From Tubiluchus corallicola (lineage: Eukaryota; Animalia; Priapulida), in NCBI GenBank assembly GCA_030141605.1, contig JAQGDQ010001312.1:1-48101 (forward strand): DNA of 48,101 nucleotides, in the 5' to 3' direction. Shown here piece by piece: positions 1 to 13,193 of the stretch. Positions within the stretch are counted from its first letter, which is position 1. Every line of letters starts with the position of its first letter. The notes below the pieces were generated by a model, which was not told the DNA's origin, searched no databases, and saw only the letters and a program-made list of their open reading frames with translations. A program made the position numbers and the translations under genes.

Positions 1-884
1 GAAATATAGACCACATATAGGCATATCGGATAAATCGGAACACTGATGGTAAATTATGACAGATTATGTATGCACGGTGTTGTCGTGAGGCTCACGATTA
101 CTTCATTTTATCTAACTGATTATTACTTTGCAATAATTAATCATAATTATTATCAATGGTCACATTATTACATTCTCTTGCTAAAATATCAAATTAAAAT
201 CTCATACAAGAACTTACTAAATTTCAGCTATAAAACTGCTTTTTATTTCCCTGTATACAATTTAAACTTTCATCCTTGATAGTTGGGTATTTTAAATTAT
301 GCATGAAACAAGGTAATTGATATTTTAAGTTCACTTATAGGCTCTCTATGGTCACAAAATTGCAATTTCTTGCTGGCTCTAGGTGGCCTTTGCCCCTCAA
401 CCCCATTGGGAGCCTAGCCAGCCCCAAAACCCCTGGCCAGTTTCAGAGTTTGTTGCACTTGGTCATTCTCATCCCTGAATACATGAAAGAAAATGCTCAT
501 GTCACGTTGTATACCCTTTGCTACTTATCTCTCTCTAATACGATACTGGCATAGATCTAGATGGTGTAACTTCAACAAAAACTTGTTTAATGCCGTGAGT
601 AGTAACCTGTAAAAATTCCTCCAAATCTGCCTCAAGAACAGAGCCAACTTTCATGGAATTTATCAGCTAGGGTCTTTAGTTTTCCATGTTGTACAACTTC
701 CAGCATTTAAAATAGTTTTGTCACACCTATGAAGAAATTCTAAAGGTAAGTGCTGACAGTATGGCTTCTTTGGAAGAATAAACAAAGTAGAATGCAGATA
801 AGTTGTTCATATCACATGCACTTTATTTTCTGAACAAGTGGTAATACAATTACTCTCTCTCTAAAGTTTTGCCAAGGCAACTGA

Positions 885-1508
885 CCAGTAAATTTTCCAT
901 GAAGTGAAAGGAAGCCAGCGTTGATTAAAGGTAAATGTTAGCATACTAGTTCAAGGTTCTGTCATGATGAAGTTTAAACTGTATACAGAGAAATAAACAG
1001 GTAAAACTTTTCCATAAGTGAAAGAAGCCAGCATTGATTAAAGGTAAATGTTATCATACTGTTCAAGGTTCTGTCAATGTGAAAGTTTAACTGATACAGA
1101 GAAATAAACAGGTAAAACTTTTCCATGAAGTGAAAGGAAGCCAGCAGTTGATTAAAGGTAAATGTTATGCATACTAGTTCAAGGTTCTGTGCAATGATGG
1201 AAGTTTAAATGTATACAGAGAAATAAACCAGGTAAAACTTTTCCATACTGCATACAGAGAAATAAACCAGGTAAAACTTTTCCATTAAGTGAAAAGAAGC
1301 CAGCAGTTGATTAAAGGTAAATGTTATACATACTAGTTCAAGGTTCTGTGCAATGTTGAAAGTTTAAACTGTATACAGAGAAATAAACCAGGTAAAACTT
1401 TTCCATTAAGTGAAAAGAAACCAGCAGTTGATTAAAGGTAAATGTTATGCATACTAGTTCAAGGTTTTGTACAATGATGAAAGTTTAAATTGTATACAGG
1501 GAAATAAA
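885..1508. repeat. ~120-bp tandem array, about 5 copies, outer copies degenerate; mirror ~46594-47221
   Basis: ccaggtaaaacttttccat...gtatacagagaaataaa recurs (e.g. at 1268 and 1388). Confidence 0.9.
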
Positions 1509-1851
1509 GCAGTTTTATAGCTGAAATTTAGTAAGTTCTTGTATGAGATTTTAATCTAATATTTTAGCAAGAGAATGTAATAATATGACCTGGTAATAAT
1601 TCGTCAAACAAACTGATGCCAAGTGCAAGGATGTGGAAATTCTAAAGTTTCAGCAGAAAATCTTGTTAGAAAGACCATTTAAACTCCACTGTTTGCAGCA
1701 GATAAAGCAGAACTGCAGGCATTACAGTTTGTCCTAAGTATTTGTCGTCGAAGTATAATCCCCTAGGAATAAACATGGCGTTTTTAAGTGCAGATGGTTG
1801 TTTCAACAGCAACTGTCATTATAAATGCTAGATATCGAGCCAAATTAAATA

Positions 1852-2180
1852 CAGTCAACCCTCGTTAAACCGGACTAATGGGGGGTGGGGGTGGGGGGTT
1901 GGATGGGTGTTCCGATTTATCTGATATGCCTATATATGGTCTATATTATACAGGAATAATCACCTTAATAAGGCTTATATACATTGCACTATATTCTATA
2001 CTGTATATCACTTTAAAATAGTTAACCTGTGAGGGTAAAGAAATTATTGTACAGTTGGTAGGCCGTGTTGTGTTTAGCGCTCCGGCTCGGATGGAAATCG
2101 GTCAGTTTCCTTTACCAGGGATGACGTCCGTCTTATCCGATATCCGGGATAACGGGGTCCGGTTTAACGAGGGTCGACTG
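1852..2180. mobile_element. Tc1/mariner(pogo)-type MITE
   Basis: 24-bp TIRs cagtcaaccctcgttaaaccggac / gtccggtttaacgagggtcgactg; TA on the left flank; the mirror copy has TA on both sides. Bases 1-43 are a fragment of the same family. Confidence 0.8.
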
Positions 2181-2703
2181 CAGTTTTGAACCCGCAAACT
2201 CAATTTTTTACAGGTTACTACTCACGGCATTAAACAAGTTTTTGTTGAAGTTACGCCATCTAGATCTATGCCAGTATCGTGTTAGGGAGAGAAAAGTAGG
2301 AAAGGGTATACAACGTGACATGAGCATTTTCTTTCATGTATTCAGGGATGAGAATGACAAATTGCAAAAAACTCTGAAACAGGCCAGGGGTTTTGGGGCT
2401 GCCTAGGCTCCCAATGGGGTTGAGGGGCAAAGGCCCCCTAGAGCCAGCAATAAATTGCAATTTTGTGACCATAGAGAGCCTATAAGTGGACTTAAAATAT
2501 CAATTACCTTGTTTCATGCATAATTTAAAATACCCAACTATCAAGGATACATGATACCTAATTGTCTCAAAAATGCCTAAGTATTGGCCGCTCTATGCAA
2601 AAGTATATAAAAACTGTCTGCAATTGACTCAAATAACTCCGCACAATTGATTCTATATTTTTATACATAGAGATATACAGGTGGTTACACTGATGTACGT
2701 GAT

Positions 2704-2809
2704 GTAAACAAAGTGACGGCCTGCCAACTAGCGGTCAGCTTGTGAAATAATGTACTGGGTCCGTAAACAAAGTGACGGCCTGCCAACTAGCGGTCAGCTT
2801 GTGAAATAA
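2704..2809. repeat. Tandem duplication, 59-bp period
   Basis: gtaaacaaagtgacggcctgccaactagcggtcagcttgtgaaataa occurs at 2704 and 2763. Confidence 0.9.
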
Positions 2810-5476
2810 GGTATTTGTAAAAATTTTCTCAAAGAATTTATGCAATTTGTAAAAATTCTCATCCCTGTATGTATTTAAATACCAGCATTTCGCTGTTTTT
2901 TATGAACATTAAACTCTTACGGAAAAAACCTTTAACGGTTGTCGCTTATCCGGTGACAATAATTAAACGCCAGTGTCTCATAGGTAAACACAATCATAGT
3001 GCATTAATTTGAGCAAGACTTTCGTGTAGTTCGAGACTTCGGCAATTACCTGAAAATTTTTAGGTCAAACTGATGCCAAACATGCCGCAAAAGTTCGCCA
3101 AACAGATCACCAGCTTCGGAAATTTTTTCAAAATGTTCAAACTTTTGTCACCAGAGTTGTAAAACTTCCTACCAAACCAAACTATCGTAAAGTTGTCATA
3201 AGATGCGCTAAACGCTCGCAAATTTATCGTCACACGTCGCAACAACTCTAAAATCCACGAAATACTGGCGAACGTTTTGCAATGCTCTTGAGAATGTTAG
3301 GACAACTGTGCGACTATTTTTGACAACCTCGATTATTCCAACTTGTTTAGCACTTCTTTCTACGTAAATTTCACGAACTTGTCATGAAATAATCACAACA
3401 TACTCGTGCGAATGCAATGCAATATTGCCACAGTGCATAAGCCATTGCAGAAGCAAACGAGCAAAAATGTCATACGAAGTTCGTGCGATATTCTTGCAAT
3501 TTTTGCTGCAGAAAAAACCCGAAATTCGCAAAAAAGATAATCGCGCGAATTTCACAGGAATGATTTACAACAAAACACGGTCGTGGAATATTTCAGCAAC
3601 AGTTGGACTCAGAAGATTTACAACTGTTTCAAAAATGTTTCAAACTGTTTCAAAAAAGTCGCAGCAGCGAGAAAAACCTCGCTTCAGGGATGCAGACATG
3701 CACTAGAAAATACAATTTCCTTTTGTTGGTGTTATTTCATAAAAAATGGCCCTATGGTATCTACGAATTACATTTGGAAAAACAAAAACATGGAAATAAG
3801 ATATGACTCAGAACAGATTTGAACCAAGTACAGTAGCATCAAAAACTGACCTTCACGCGCTGATGTGCTAGTAAGCACTCACGACAGAGTGTATCACCAC
3901 ATTCTTCACACCAGGCAATCAAAATTTTCCCCTCTTCACAAGCTGTACAAGTTTGGGCCTGTCCGTCAGCATCCTGATCACAAATGTCAGCATCCTGATG
4001 AAAAACAAAACACAATGCATTTCTTCTAACACAGTTCTCATTATGTTCAATTCAGCAAGCAATAAAATTGCACAACAGATCAGAAGTCAAATAAGAAACT
4101 TTGGAGAGCAGAGAATTAAAAAAAATTAAAGAAAAGTTCAAGCAGTTGTTGACCTAGCCAGGAACCTACGGCGTTCTTTGAAAAACGCTACTTCCCATGT
4201 CGGTGACTGGTTCATCAATTAGTGCCCACAACCATTTAGAAATTAAAGTTAGAGAATTAAGTCGCATTTTGTATGAAATCTTTTTTGTCATATATAAAAA
4301 AATTAGAACAGCACACAAATTACAAATGGACTGACACAGCCCTATGCTATTCTGTGACTCAGCTAACTAGTTTAGCAGGCAATTATATAAGACCTTCCTA
4401 CACATTGTGAATCTAGCAACTTTCAGCTTTTTAAAAATTCATTCGTTCATTGAATTGTTTTAAGGATACATAACGCAAAAATCACAAACCATGCTTTCTT
4501 TAACAAATTTTCACACGCTTGTAAAATCGTCACACGACACCGGCGGGAAAAATTAAAGTCTGCGCCATCGCACGTCAACAATTTCAACTATCACTGCAAA
4601 TTAAGCATGGATATAACAAACTGTACATTGTTAGAGTGGGTGGTATCATAATTGCATAAAATAATTACATAGCATACATTGTGATACACAAAGTGATTAT
4701 TATTTTAAAATTGACTGCTGTTATTATCTACGCATTGTCATCTAAATGTTTGTTTCTTTGAAAGTTTATTTGCCAAACCCACTAACTCACCTGTTTACTG
4801 GAACTCCCTGCTTACTTCTATAAACTGACTAAAAAATCTAAGCTAGGCTGGATTTAAGACAAAGTATATTCATTTTATACTTTGGCAAAGTTATTTTTCA
4901 CATTCTAGCACTTAGTTCACATTAACAATTGGGTGAAAATACAGCAACAGAACCGTTTATTTCACACTTCTCCGAAAATATATAACATAGGAGTTATAGA
5001 AATGCCCAGAAATTTTTTGCATTGGTTGTGACATAATATAATTCTTCCTGTACATATCTCCATTATATAATTTCTAAAACCCAAAAGCACAGGCACAAAG
5101 AATTAATTATCTAAAATGATTAACGGATTCAAATCACACAAGTAAGCATTTCACTTATGCCGCTGATCAGAGATCACACAATCAGAATACTGAACGAGTG
5201 GTACAATTTATCTGACATTGTGATTGCCACACCAACACTAGCAAATTATCGTTAGCTTTACGTTTTTAATTAACAATTACTTTGTGGAAAAATTTTATGA
5301 GCGTATACAGACAGCTACAATACTGTCACTATTATGGTCACGATCTTTTCAGGATCTTCATAAAAAAATACGTTCAGAAAAATATTGTCAAAATGATGGT
5401 ACAACATAGAGTAATTTTGTCGAATGTTGTGACAACATTGGTACAATATTGCCATGTTGCCTGGTGCGTGCATGCG

Positions 5477-5545
<69 letters not shown>

Positions 5546-5557
5546 ATATATATATAT
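5477..5557. repeat. (TG)n microsatellite with (TA)n flanks; mirror ~42540-42620
   Basis: Direct reading of the sequence. Confidence 0.95.
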
Positions 5558-6805
5558 CATTTTGAGGTTTTTAACTGCATGCGTGGAGGCTGACATACAA
5601 ATGTTAATTTGAAAACAATTGAACAATCAAACTAAAATTTGTATATAGATTTTCTGAGTTTCTTCAAATCTTTGCTCAATGCTTAATTATTGTTTGTTTC
5701 TATGTGAGCCAATCAGAAAATAAAAACATTAATATACTTATGCGAACTTACTATAATATCAAGAGTTAAAAGGCTCGAAAAGTTCGTTTCTACTGCTGCT
5801 ATAATCTTAAAATGTAAGACATATACTAACGCACCTACTGAAAGCTAAAAATGTAGATATCAGTTGCAATGCAGATAGTTTTTCGTTCACTGCTCAACTT
5901 GCTACTTGATGATGCGCACAGTTACAGTAACTGTTGTGGTGAATATGCTGAATTTCAACATTCTGCCACTATTCAAATTTACTTTTGACTTTGACTAATA
6001 TTATCCCACCACAAAGCGACCTTCACTTATCTAAAACTAAAAACATCCTTTAGTTCATACACATAATGATCACAAGTACAGGGTTTCATGTTTAATGTAT
6101 TGTACTGCCAAAGGTACTCTTTCTGACTTTGCACATATTCCCAACTTCGTGAACAACTAAATTGTGAATGGCTCTTTTCTGCTAAAAATGTGTCATGCTA
6201 TTATAATAGAAATGGCATGCTATATAGCAAGTTTGCTTAAAAAAATCAGCATTCAATTTTCTATTATGTCAAATAAAAAGCAATATCACATGAATATATT
6301 TTCACATTAACCACTTAAAACAAAGCAACGACGCATTATTGCGGCATTGTCATAATCATCGTTTATTCGTTAAATTATTCAATGTCAGGCTGATCGTCAT
6401 CGTTGACTGCGTCGGCTAACGGATAACAAATTACGATTGAATCAAATAACTGTGTTGAGCGACCTGATTTTCAACTTTTCTTTCGCCTGGTAACACGTGA
6501 ATTTCATTGATGGCTGACTGCTGCTTCTAGCGTATGCAACTGTATTGTGCAAACAGTGTATGTTTTTTTCTGAATTGTATTTTTAGTGTGAAAAGTAAAA
6601 TAAATGTTAAGATAATTTAAGCAAGTTAAACAAAGAGATTAAACAAACACGAGATAAACAAATAAAAGCATACATAGCAGAGTAAATTGTAAAAAGTTGG
6701 CAGTTGTTCTACTTGGTATTGTAACTAACGGCATGATATTATTATTAATAAGTCGTTCTGATTTCAGATTACAGATGCTAAATTATAATTTAGAGTAAGG
6801 AAAGA

Positions 6806-9800
6806 ATGACGTCGCCAGGTGTTATATACGTTGGTCACTTACCAAGAGGAATGTTTGAACCTCAACTCAAAAGTTACTTCTCACAATTTGGAAATATTAA
6901 AAAATTGCGACTTTCACGTAGCAAGAAGGTAAGGTTTCTGGTTGTTACTGATGTGGCCACTTGGGGTTTTTGGTATTTTCCATGTCATTGTATACAACAG
7001 TTTTGAAATTTAAGAAGTGAAAATGTCTAATCGTTTAATCACAATCAATTTGGCGTGCACGTTATTGTAAAGATTGTTATTTTCCCTCAGTATCGGCCAT
7101 TATTGTAACTTACTGTATTTTTCTTTTTTGTTTTTTTGATGTAAGTGTTTGTTTGTTTATTCAACCAGCAGTACAAATGAACACCATAATACATTTTTTT
7201 GCCTATAAAAGTTAGCAATTGTTTCTTATATTCAAATAATTAGCTTAGAAAATTAATAAACGGCAACCGAACACGGCTATTGCTTACGTCAGAAATTAAC
7301 CACAGTTTGTGCAATGGCAGGCATCTTCCCTTGCGCATCAAGCACGTTTGCATAAGTATTGCAGTACGGTTTAAATGCATGATGTCACGAAAAATGGGCT
7401 CTACATCATATGACGTCAGAAACTAACACTACAGTTCATGATCATGGTTATCACTGTACTGCCTTTTATTTGCCAGCTACGTGCATCTGACAAAAAGGCA
7501 CCTCTGCCAATCTTAGTAGATTCACTGAGCCGCGCGTAGCTTTGAAAGTTTAACGAAATTTGAGTATCCGAGGTAATTATTATTCAACCTAAGCTTTGAT
7601 TTACAAAAAGCTATTGTGATTTTCAATAGTTTAGAGTATTCTTTATTCTGGACTAATGTTTATACAATCATCCGGTTTTCCTTTAAATAAGCCCCATTAC
7701 ATTTATTGTATAGTCTGTTTTTACAAAGCTTTTGTAAATGGTATTGTAAGCTGTTGTAATGCAACGAAAATTGTTTATTATAGAGTGGAAATAGCAAAGG
7801 CTATGCATTCATCGAGTTTGAGTATGAAGAAGTGGCCAAAATAGCAGCAGAAACAATGAACAATTATCTGATGTTTGAGAGATTAATAAAATGTAAGCGA
7901 AGTATGCGTGTTACGACAGCAAGTTTGTAGAAATAAAGCTGGATGGATTCACAAAGCGTCTTATTAACCGTTTTATTAGTAAGATCTTTCGTAATATAAT
8001 TTCTTAGGCATACGACAGAATTCACAAAGGTTTCGTAATCTAAGAAGGTTGTTAAACTTTACGAAAACAATTCTTGTGAAGTTTCCGCGAAAATTCTTAC
8101 GAATGCGTTAGTGAATCCGGCCCCTGGTTTTTAGACATTGAAACATGAGATGTCTTCATTACCTAGATTAACACCACAAATAGTTATCAGTGTTCGGATT
8201 TGAGATTAGTCATGTTTTTTGACACTAATGATTAAAGGACAAGAAAATGGCCAACCAAAGTAAGCCTCAGAAAATTTGCATTAAGAAGTTATATCACCCA
8301 AGTGTAATCTTAAGTGAATAAAGTACTCACCTTTCTGCATTTACTCCAATTTGTGTGAAATATTTCAACCACTGCAGTAAACATTGGCGCAGACATGTTT
8401 AATTTAGTCCGCCAGTTGATCATGTGGTGTGGCATGACATCACTCGAACACAGTCGCCGTGAGTTCTGAGCACGTGTACTATAAAGATTTGTGTTGTGGT
8501 TCTGTGACGCCATCTAATATGGTGCCGCCGTGACAGTCTCGCGGGAGTATTTGAAATGAAAACAAACAGGAAATTCTTTTAACGCGAGTATGATAAACGC
8601 TTAAGATTGCCTCTAACTGTTATAATTCTTTAGCAAAAATTTTCTGAGACTTGCTTTAACTAGGCCTTTTCTTGTCCTTTAAATGTGATTCATTTGCAGA
8701 AGTTACAGTTTTCGTAATTATATAATTCCCATATTTGAAGAGCAATTAAATGTGCTTTCACTTGTCACTGTTATGAAGGCAAGATTCATATTTCAGGCAT
8801 GTCGTATTATTAGATTCTGTAGTTTATCAATAGCACATACATTTCATCCAATTTGTAATCAGGTAAAGGAAAACTGGATCCAATCTTAAACTGCAGGTCA
8901 AAATAAGCTACTCTTTAAAACATTGAAAGGAAACATGAAAGAATATTACTACACACTTACGTGAAAGAATTATTATCATACGAAGTAATTTCATGTTCCT
9001 GCAGCTAGTTCTTCATTGTTACCTGCATTTCGTCATTCGTTAGTTAGATGGGCACTAGCACCTCGGCAAAGCATTGCATAAAAACCGGATGATGAATCCC
9101 CCAGCGTTCGAAGCTCATGCGTAAGCCCAGCAGTAAATTTGAAATGTGAATTTTTATCTTAACCCTTTCATACCCATTCTATCCCGTGGGGTACGAGAAT
9201 ATTTTCTGCCTTTAAAATTAATAAAATTTTAAAACTGACATTTATTTGATCTGTTACTAAGCCAAAATTTTTTTTCTTATTAAAAATAATATGGGACTGA
9301 AAGGGTTAAAATTTGTCAAGTTTTTGTATGTTACGCTGACAGTTATACAGTAAAACTGTGCGTCAATTTTGCTTTTGCTCATGGAATGTTTGCACTGTTG
9401 AAAATTATGTTCACTTCTGATGTCATCACTAGTTGGGCTCGCCCGCCATTTATCAAGTTCTTAACCTATAATTTCATTATCAGAAAAGCATTAGTGTAGG
9501 TGTTGAAATGTATACTTTTTACTGTACTTCAAAATGGGGACAATGAAAAATTGTCCTGTTTTGCTTTAACGTATAATTGATTGTGGATCTGAGCTTCCTG
9601 ACGTTAAGCTACTATTATTGTTACATCAGTTACTTTCGTTTTGCTTTTTTCCTTTTTCCATTTTCTCCTTTCTTCTTTTCTGCACGTAGTGAGTTTGCTT
9701 GAGTGGAGAGTTTCAGTTTTTGTTTTGTTGTAACTATGGCGAAGTTGCACATCTGGTCGTGGCTGACGTTGTTTGCTGATTGAAGAGTAGTGGACAAAAT

Positions 9801-11996
9801 CCGAATTCTGGTCAGGATTCTCCTGGTAACTGTGGATTTGGTATAGTTGTGTGTGTGTGTGGATTGGGGGGGGGGGGTGGTCGGCCCAAGGTGTTCATCA
9901 CCTTCTTCAATTAATTAACTGTTACGCTAATTGTTGGTAACGTGACGTTTTCCTAATGTGTGTGCATGTGTATGTGTGTGCATATGGATGGACATGTACA
10001 TGTGTTGATAGGGTGTGAGGCTCTGATGAATCTGTCTTGTATGTACCATGCTAGCTTTGTAACAAATGATCCTACTAGGTATCCTCTCACATCAATTTAA
10101 TACAATTTACCATTAATTTCAGGTCAGTATGTCCCGCCGGATGAAGTGCATCCTAAACTGTGGGATGGCGCTTTTAAGAAATTTCGCAAACCCAAGAGCA
10201 GATTGTTGGCCATTCAGCGGCACAATCTTGGGAAAGATCCCGCCACGGAGCGAACGAAACTTAGGCACAAAATGAAAGCTCGAAATAAGAAGCTGAAATC
10301 TCTGGGAATCGACTACAACTTTCAGGTATTTACTATTGTTTACGTATGTAAGTACAATCAAACTATAGTTTACGTATGTAAGTACAATCAAACCATAGTT
10401 TACGTATGTAAGTACAATCAAACCATAGTTTACGTATGTAAGTACAGTCAAACCATAGTTTACGTATGTAAGTACAGTCAAACCATAGTTTACGTATGTA
10501 AGTACAGTCAAACCATAGTTTACGTATGTAAGTACAATCAAACCATAGTTTACGTATGTAAATACAATCAAACCATAGTTTATGTGTGTAAGTACAGTCA
10601 AACCATAGTTTATGTATGTAAGTACAATCAAACCATAGTTCACGTATGTAAGTACAGTCAAACTATAGTTTACGTATGTAAGTACAATCAAACCATAGTT
10701 TACGCATGTAAGTACAATCAAACCATAGTTTACGTATGTAAGTACAGTCAAACCATAGTTTACGTATGTAAGTACAGTCAAACCATAGTTTACGTATGTA
10801 AGTACAATCAAACCATAGTTTACGTATGTAAATACAATCAAACCATAGTTTATGTGTGTAAGTACAGTCAAACCATAGTTTACGTATGTAAGTACAGTCA
10901 AACCATAGTTTATGTGTGTAAGTACAATCAAACCATAGTTCAGGTATGTAAGTACAGTCAAACTATAGTTTACGTATGTAAATATAATCAAACCATAGTT
11001 TATGTGTGTAAGTACAGTCAAACCATAGTTTATGTATGTAAGTACAATTAAACCATAGTTTACGTATGTAAGTACAATCAAACTATAGTTTACGTATGTA
11101 AATACAATCAAACCATAGTTTATGTGTGTAAGCACAGTCAAACCATAGTTTATGTATGTAAGTACAATCAAACCATAGTTCACGTATGTAAGTACAATCA
11201 AACTATAGTTTACTTATGTAAGTACAATCAAACCATAGTTTACGTATGTAAGTACAATCAAACCTCATTGTAATACCCTTGATAGTGCCGACCTCGCTTA
11301 ACCCTCAAATTTTTAGCAAAACAAAATGATCATATTTGCATCGTTATAACGCCAAACTTACTGCAACACCAACTTTTTTGCAGCCCCAAAGTAGGTGGTA
11401 TGAAGAGCTTTAACTGTGGAAGATACGTGCAATTTACATGCACTAGCGGAACTTTTAAAAATCTGGATTTGGTTTCTGTTAATGAACACCAAGCAAAGGA
11501 GCAGTGGCGTTTCTACAGTATGCATATGCTTTAAGAAGCCTAGTCTGTTTATTGGTTACTATTCTGTTACGTAATATAGCTGAAACGGCGCGGCTCTGGC
11601 CTCCACTTCACGTACTACTAATGTATAATACTTCTGTTGTACTCTATTTATTTCATTTTTATTCCTATGTAGCAGTCCGCCATAGATGAACCAGATGTGA
11701 AACTGGAAGATGAATTTGGTACGGCCATCCAGTCTACGGAGGCAGAGGCAGTTTTAGTGGAGGACTCCAGCGAAGACGAAATCGCTTTTAAAACTCCGCC
11801 TCGTGCCGTAAAATCGTCCAGACTTGCAAGTCTTCGATTAAGCAGCGGCAAAACTAGCAGAGCGAGAACAGTCGGTGCACAGTCGCTCGACAAGAAGCGA
11901 AGTTCTGTTATAGAAAAATCTAAGCCAGCGAAAAACCTTCAAAAAACTGTAAACAGCAAGAGAGCTAACAGAAAGAAAAAACAAGTGAACGTATAA
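6806..11996 (+). CDS. NIFK: NIFK/Nop15-like nucleolar RRM protein; exons 6806-6928, 7784-7892, 10123-10325, 11673-11996
   Basis: GT-AG introns with compatible phases (0,1,0). Spliced protein: [10 protein letters not shown] (RNP2)...YFSQFG...[20 protein letters not shown] (RNP1)...[34 protein letters not shown]...[12 protein letters not shown], then an acidic and Lys-rich tail. This matches the NIFK/Nop15 signature. An in-frame acceptor at 6793/6794 suggests a further upstream exon, so the start is uncertain. Confidence 0.9.
7197..7682. mobile_element. Non-autonomous Kolobok-like element, copy 1 (left end not found), in NIFK intron
   Basis: Diverged homologue of 13257-13588 (ttgcctataaaagtta...gattcactgagccg...caatcatccggttttcc); ends in cct followed by TTAA. 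Confidence 0.65.
7938..8126. mobile_element. Possible short MITE
   Basis: Imperfect inverted ends ggattcacaaagc / gcgttagtgaatcc; no TSD established. Confidence 0.4.
8236..8678. mobile_element. Kolobok-like MITE; mirror 39419-39861
   Basis: TTAA-aggacaagaaaatggcc ... ggccttttcttgtcct-TTAA, with imperfect inverted similarity extending further inward. TTAA TSD with RR..YY termini is the Kolobok signature. Confidence 0.75.
9163..9305. mobile_element. piggyBac-like MITE; mirror 38792-38934
   Basis: TTAA-ccctttcatacccat ... atgggactgaaaggg-TTAA. Confidence 0.7.
10331..11262. repeat. 30-bp minisatellite, ~31 copies, in NIFK intron 3
   Basis: Unit aaccatagtttacgtatgtaagtacaRtca, in register with the 60-nt lines. 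Confidence 0.97.
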
Positions 11997-12385
11997 TTAT
12001 CTTGTGAATGATACGTAGCTGTACATCTCTGTGACTAATTGGAAGGCCGGCTGTTAAATCACTCAACTTACACACCTTTGTAAGGCTGATGCAGTTTCAG
12101 TTGTGACTTCACTCACTTTTTGAACAGATTCAAGTTCAAGTGTTGAATTTTGAATTATAAACGTGTCAAAATGATTTTTAAATGACCACTGTACAGCAGT
12201 GTTATGTGACAATTCGAAATTACTGCTATTTTTAATAATGTGCATTTTTTGATATTATAATAGAGTATAAAGAAAGCTGTTTACTAGAAGTTTGGCTTCT
12301 GAGTTATACGTTTACTTTATAGTTGCTGTCTTTGACAAATAGTTCTAGAAGATGTAATACGTAGTGTGAGCCAGTGTATGTCAGC

Positions 12386-12888
12386 CAGGCTGCATAAGAT
12401 TATGGATATCCATAAAATAAGACCAAAAATCCGTAAAATAAAATTTGAAAAATTCATCAAATAAAAAATGCATAAAATAAAAAAATATTTTTTTTTTTGT
12501 GATTTTTTGTACAAAGTAGCGAGTTGTAAGCATTGGCAACACTGAAAACGAACGTTAGGAGAGAAAGAGAAAGAAAACAAACCAACAAAAGCGCATTTGC
12601 GGATTTGCTATTTTACATTGGTTTTTTTCTCATTGTCTTTTTGTTATCAAGATGTCGAAGTTTCAACCAAAGCATGAGCTGGAGTTCGGTCTGAAACCAA
12701 GTCCTGCGTGTTTAAAAACACGTTTCAAGCACTCCTGTTTTTACTTTTTAATTGATTTCCCCCTGGGCATCTCGTTCCAGATATAGTCTATTTCTTATTT
12801 TATTGATATCCATAAAATAAAATTTCAAAAATCCATAAAATAAGCTATTTTATTTATTTTATACATATTCATAATCTTATGCACCCTA
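12386..12888. mobile_element. hAT-like MITE; mirror 35211-35711
   Basis: TIRs caggctgcataagattatggatat / atattcataatcttatgcacccta; degenerate 8-bp TSD atgtcagc / ttgtcagg; internal cataaaataa repeats. Confidence 0.7.
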
Positions 12889-13193
12889 TTGTCAGGTGTT
12901 TGTTAAGAGCATGACTTGCACTACTGATAATGAATTCTTAAAAGTTTCTTGAAATGCAATATCACGTAATAGAAAATCAGCATAACTGCAAATTTGTGAT
13001 GTGATTTTTTTTAGAGTCAATTTAGTCTTTGTTGTGCCAATCAGTACACTTTTTTGGCTATGACGGTGGCTGTTTAGGTACATTATGTACCTAAATGAAA
13101 AAGTGAATTTCTCGTAAATGGTATAAGTGTACTCGCTGGCAGAGCTTTTATAACATCTTGGTTGCCAGCTCTTACTGTTTTGGTTTTGTTTAA

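Larger units (their letters stand above)
272..2548. repeat. Nested ~340-bp inverted repeat pair (272-615 and 2205-2548), foldback-like; mirror at ~45554-47830
   Basis: atccttgatagttggg...agtaacctgtaaaaa is the reverse complement of tttttacaggttact...cccaactatcaaggat. ORFs 348..554(+) and 2266..2472(-) are diverged copies of each other. Confidence 0.9.

Noticed and set aside
348-554. 68-aa ORF present in four copies (348, 2266, 45630, 47548)
   Set aside because: Multiplicity is explained by the nested and giant inverted repeats; no recognisable protein features.
3060-3822. Short overlapping ORFs in a CpG-richer stretch
   Set aside because: ORF limits differ between arms and no domain or consistent splice chain was recognised; possibly a decayed repeat.
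6612-6685. Possible upstream NIFK exon (NLSKLNKEIKQTRDKQIKAYIA)
   Set aside because: No start codon or phase-compatible donor linking it to the 6794 acceptor was found; left unannotated.
10119-11201. 360-aa minus-strand ORF with [10 protein letters not shown] repeats (mirror 36896-37978)
   Set aside because: Read-through of a stop-free 30-bp minisatellite, antisense to NIFK.
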